From: Mytilus edulis
Lineage: Eukaryota
Assembly: GCF_963676685.1 (NCBI RefSeq)
Contig: NC_092349.1
Span: 63,438,924-63,502,923 of the forward strand
Direction of reading: 5' to 3'
DNA: 64,000 nucleotides
Part shown: one piece after another, positions 62,092 to 64,000 of the stretch
How positions within the stretch are numbered: the first letter of the stretch is position 1
How the letters are laid out: the number at the start of each line of letters is the position of its first letter
Notes under the pieces: model-generated
What the model was told of the DNA's origin: nothing
Database searches by the model: none
Seen by the model: the letters and a program-made list of their open reading frames with translations, nothing else
Translations under genes and position numbers: made by a program

Positions 62092-64000
62092 CGTGTCACC
62101 CTATTCAATATATATATATATAGTAAAGATAACATTAAAAAATATTTTAAGATTTTCAAGTGGTGTGGTTGGGTGTCATGTTGACAGGGGGGGGGGGGGG
62201 GGGGGGGGGGGGGGTTCACCTTAATTATGATTAAAACATGTTTTTTGTACTGCCTCTAATCAACAGAAACTAAAATCTCATTAAAAATGAAAAATCAGAA
62301 TATATTTTAATATAAAATTTGTAGAACAGAAGTTAAGTATCCCATAAAACATAATGAATCATTATACATGCAGAACCCAAAGCAGCAAAGATATAGTCAA
62401 TAGAATCTATTTGCATTTGCCTATGTTCTATCCTTATAAAACCTTGCTGTGAGGCATGGTCCCTGACATCAGAAAAATGAATGAAGTATTGGCAACTGGA
62501 CGTTAAGCAACCAAATATAAATCCTCACTTTTCCGTGAATAGAAGTGTTCACAATTATTTGTCTTTTTAAAATTAAAAGGATTAAAATTCCCAAACTGAA
62601 AAGAGTTGAAAATACTTTATTACTTTAGAAGTAAAAATTATAACAGACAGAATAAATACGACAGAAACAAACAAATGGGAAAAAAATAAAGAACAATTTG
62701 AAATACCATATATACATGTTTAAACAGTTTACTAGCAGATTATGAACGGGTCAAGGTTGAGCGAACGTGAATTTCTACCTATTACACTAAAAAGGTGACA
62801 ATCAATTTTTTGAGGCACGTGTCGAATACACATTAGATAACTTTCTAATATAAAAAGGTTTAATTGTAAAATTTAAAATAATGAATTTTTTACAAAGTCT
62901 ATTTTTATATGCCATGTCCTTTGTAACAGTTGTATCATTCCATCAGGTCCTTAGTGCACATTTTTGTTCGTAGTGCACTAAGGAGGTCCTTTGCGGTATT
63001 ACTACGACCCCATATATTTGAAGCTGTTCAAAATACTGTACATTATAGGTACGTGTATCAGATTAAACAATAATTGTCATATATATAAAAAGAATAAGTA
63101 ATCTGGTATGAAATATGTCCACTGGAACGACCGTGCAAGTGCTATATATATATTATAGCCAGTCAAGGTCGTTAAAAACTTCCATTTGTTGTTGTCCACT
63201 GAAAATAAGCTCTTGAATACACGAATCCTCGTTTTATTAATGCCAAATTTATTTGTTAGTATTTCTTATTCTTTTTCTTATGATTTTATCATATTTTTTG
63301 TGTGAAATTTTCTGTGTGGTTGAACATGAAATTGCCTCCGATGCTACAAAGAAAATTTGTTTAATGTCAAATGTTGCAATATATGCTAAGTATTACACGT
63401 GGACAGGATGTTCCCCAAAAAATAAGTTATACACACCCCGAGGGTACACGCTAGTGTCATATGGAAAATTACTGGGTCACCTGTAAGATGGTAATCAGCC
63501 ATGCAACTAATCAGGTTACTTAACTGACCATGTCACTTCAATTTAAAGTTTATCGGTAGATCAAAATGATAAATTCGTTTTAATTAAACATTTCAGATCT
63601 AAAGGATTTATCATTATAATGAAGTGAAATAATTAAACCATATCGTATTATTTTCAAAAGATTATTTATTTTCATTTTTTTTTTATCTAATCCGGGAAAG
63701 AATTGAAAACTGTATTTATAATTTTTAAATTTATTTTATAAAAAATCCGTGTAGGTCTCATGAAATGGAACCCACGCATTCCTACTTAAGATTTATAAAG
63801 GAGTAGGTTCAGTAAGACCCCTTTTCGGCCCCAAAATATAGCAGTTTTACCAAATTGTATAGTACTAGAACCGAACACCTGTTTTGGGATATATATACAT
63901 ATAGTTAATTTACCGTAAATAACTGCGAGAAAATGAATAATACACAAGTTGATAATTGTCTCTTCTCTGCTTATTAACTTGCATGCAATATTTTCTCTGA

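Noticed and set aside
1-64000. tRNA / rRNA / snRNA genes
   Set aside because: I scanned for conserved tRNA T-loop/acceptor-like motifs (GGTTCGAATCC-type, GTGGTAGAGC-type) and for rRNA-like segments and found none. The weak hit near 58869 (aatggtagagctggg) lacks the rest of a cloverleaf.

Overview
AT-rich eukaryotic genomic DNA with spliced genes and dense MITE/foldback/satellite content, most consistent with a bivalve-mollusc-like invertebrate genome (inference only). The ORF track evidently allows non-ATG starts (TTG/GTG shown as M), so many listed 'M' starts are not real. Two spliced protein-coding genes are well supported. (1) The 5' part of a major vault protein (MVP) gene lies on the minus strand, with six coding exons from 8112 down to 3446. 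The gene continues past the window start, and its introns are packed with composite satellite/MITE arrays. (2) A 4-exon plus-strand gene (31335-37324) encodes a ~355-aa secreted protein with a signal peptide, one VWA domain and two peritrophin-A/type-2 chitin-binding domains, an architecture like bivalve shell-matrix proteins. The most unusual structure is a ~3.6-kb near-perfect palindrome (21261-24850). Its arms each carry a GC-rich, apparently intronless adenain-like (peptidase C5, adenovirus/Polinton-type) cysteine protease gene, transcribed divergently from a 447-bp unique centre. The left copy keeps an intact protease-domain ORF. The right copy carries an acidic N-terminal extension plus a C2HC finger but is broken by a +1 C in a C-homopolymer. 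Each arm also contains ~110-bp tandem repeats carrying perfect CArG boxes (CCATATATGG) and CACGTG E-boxes. Other content includes two foldback-like elements with sub-repeat arms, a Harbinger-like MITE with TAA TSD, a Tc1-like palindromic MITE and a GGCGGATCC-TIR MITE family with hypervariable poly-G/C tracts. There are also a 5'-truncated LINE nested inside a MITE with a 5-bp TSD, another LINE ORF2 tail fragment, and two arrays of palindromic motifs (16x TTCCCATGGGAA, COE/EBF-like, and a GGGAAAT...ATTTCCC-type array). Several dispersed SINE-like and satellite families complete the picture. No rRNA, tRNA or CRISPR array was found. All coordinates were derived by hand and may be off by a few bases.
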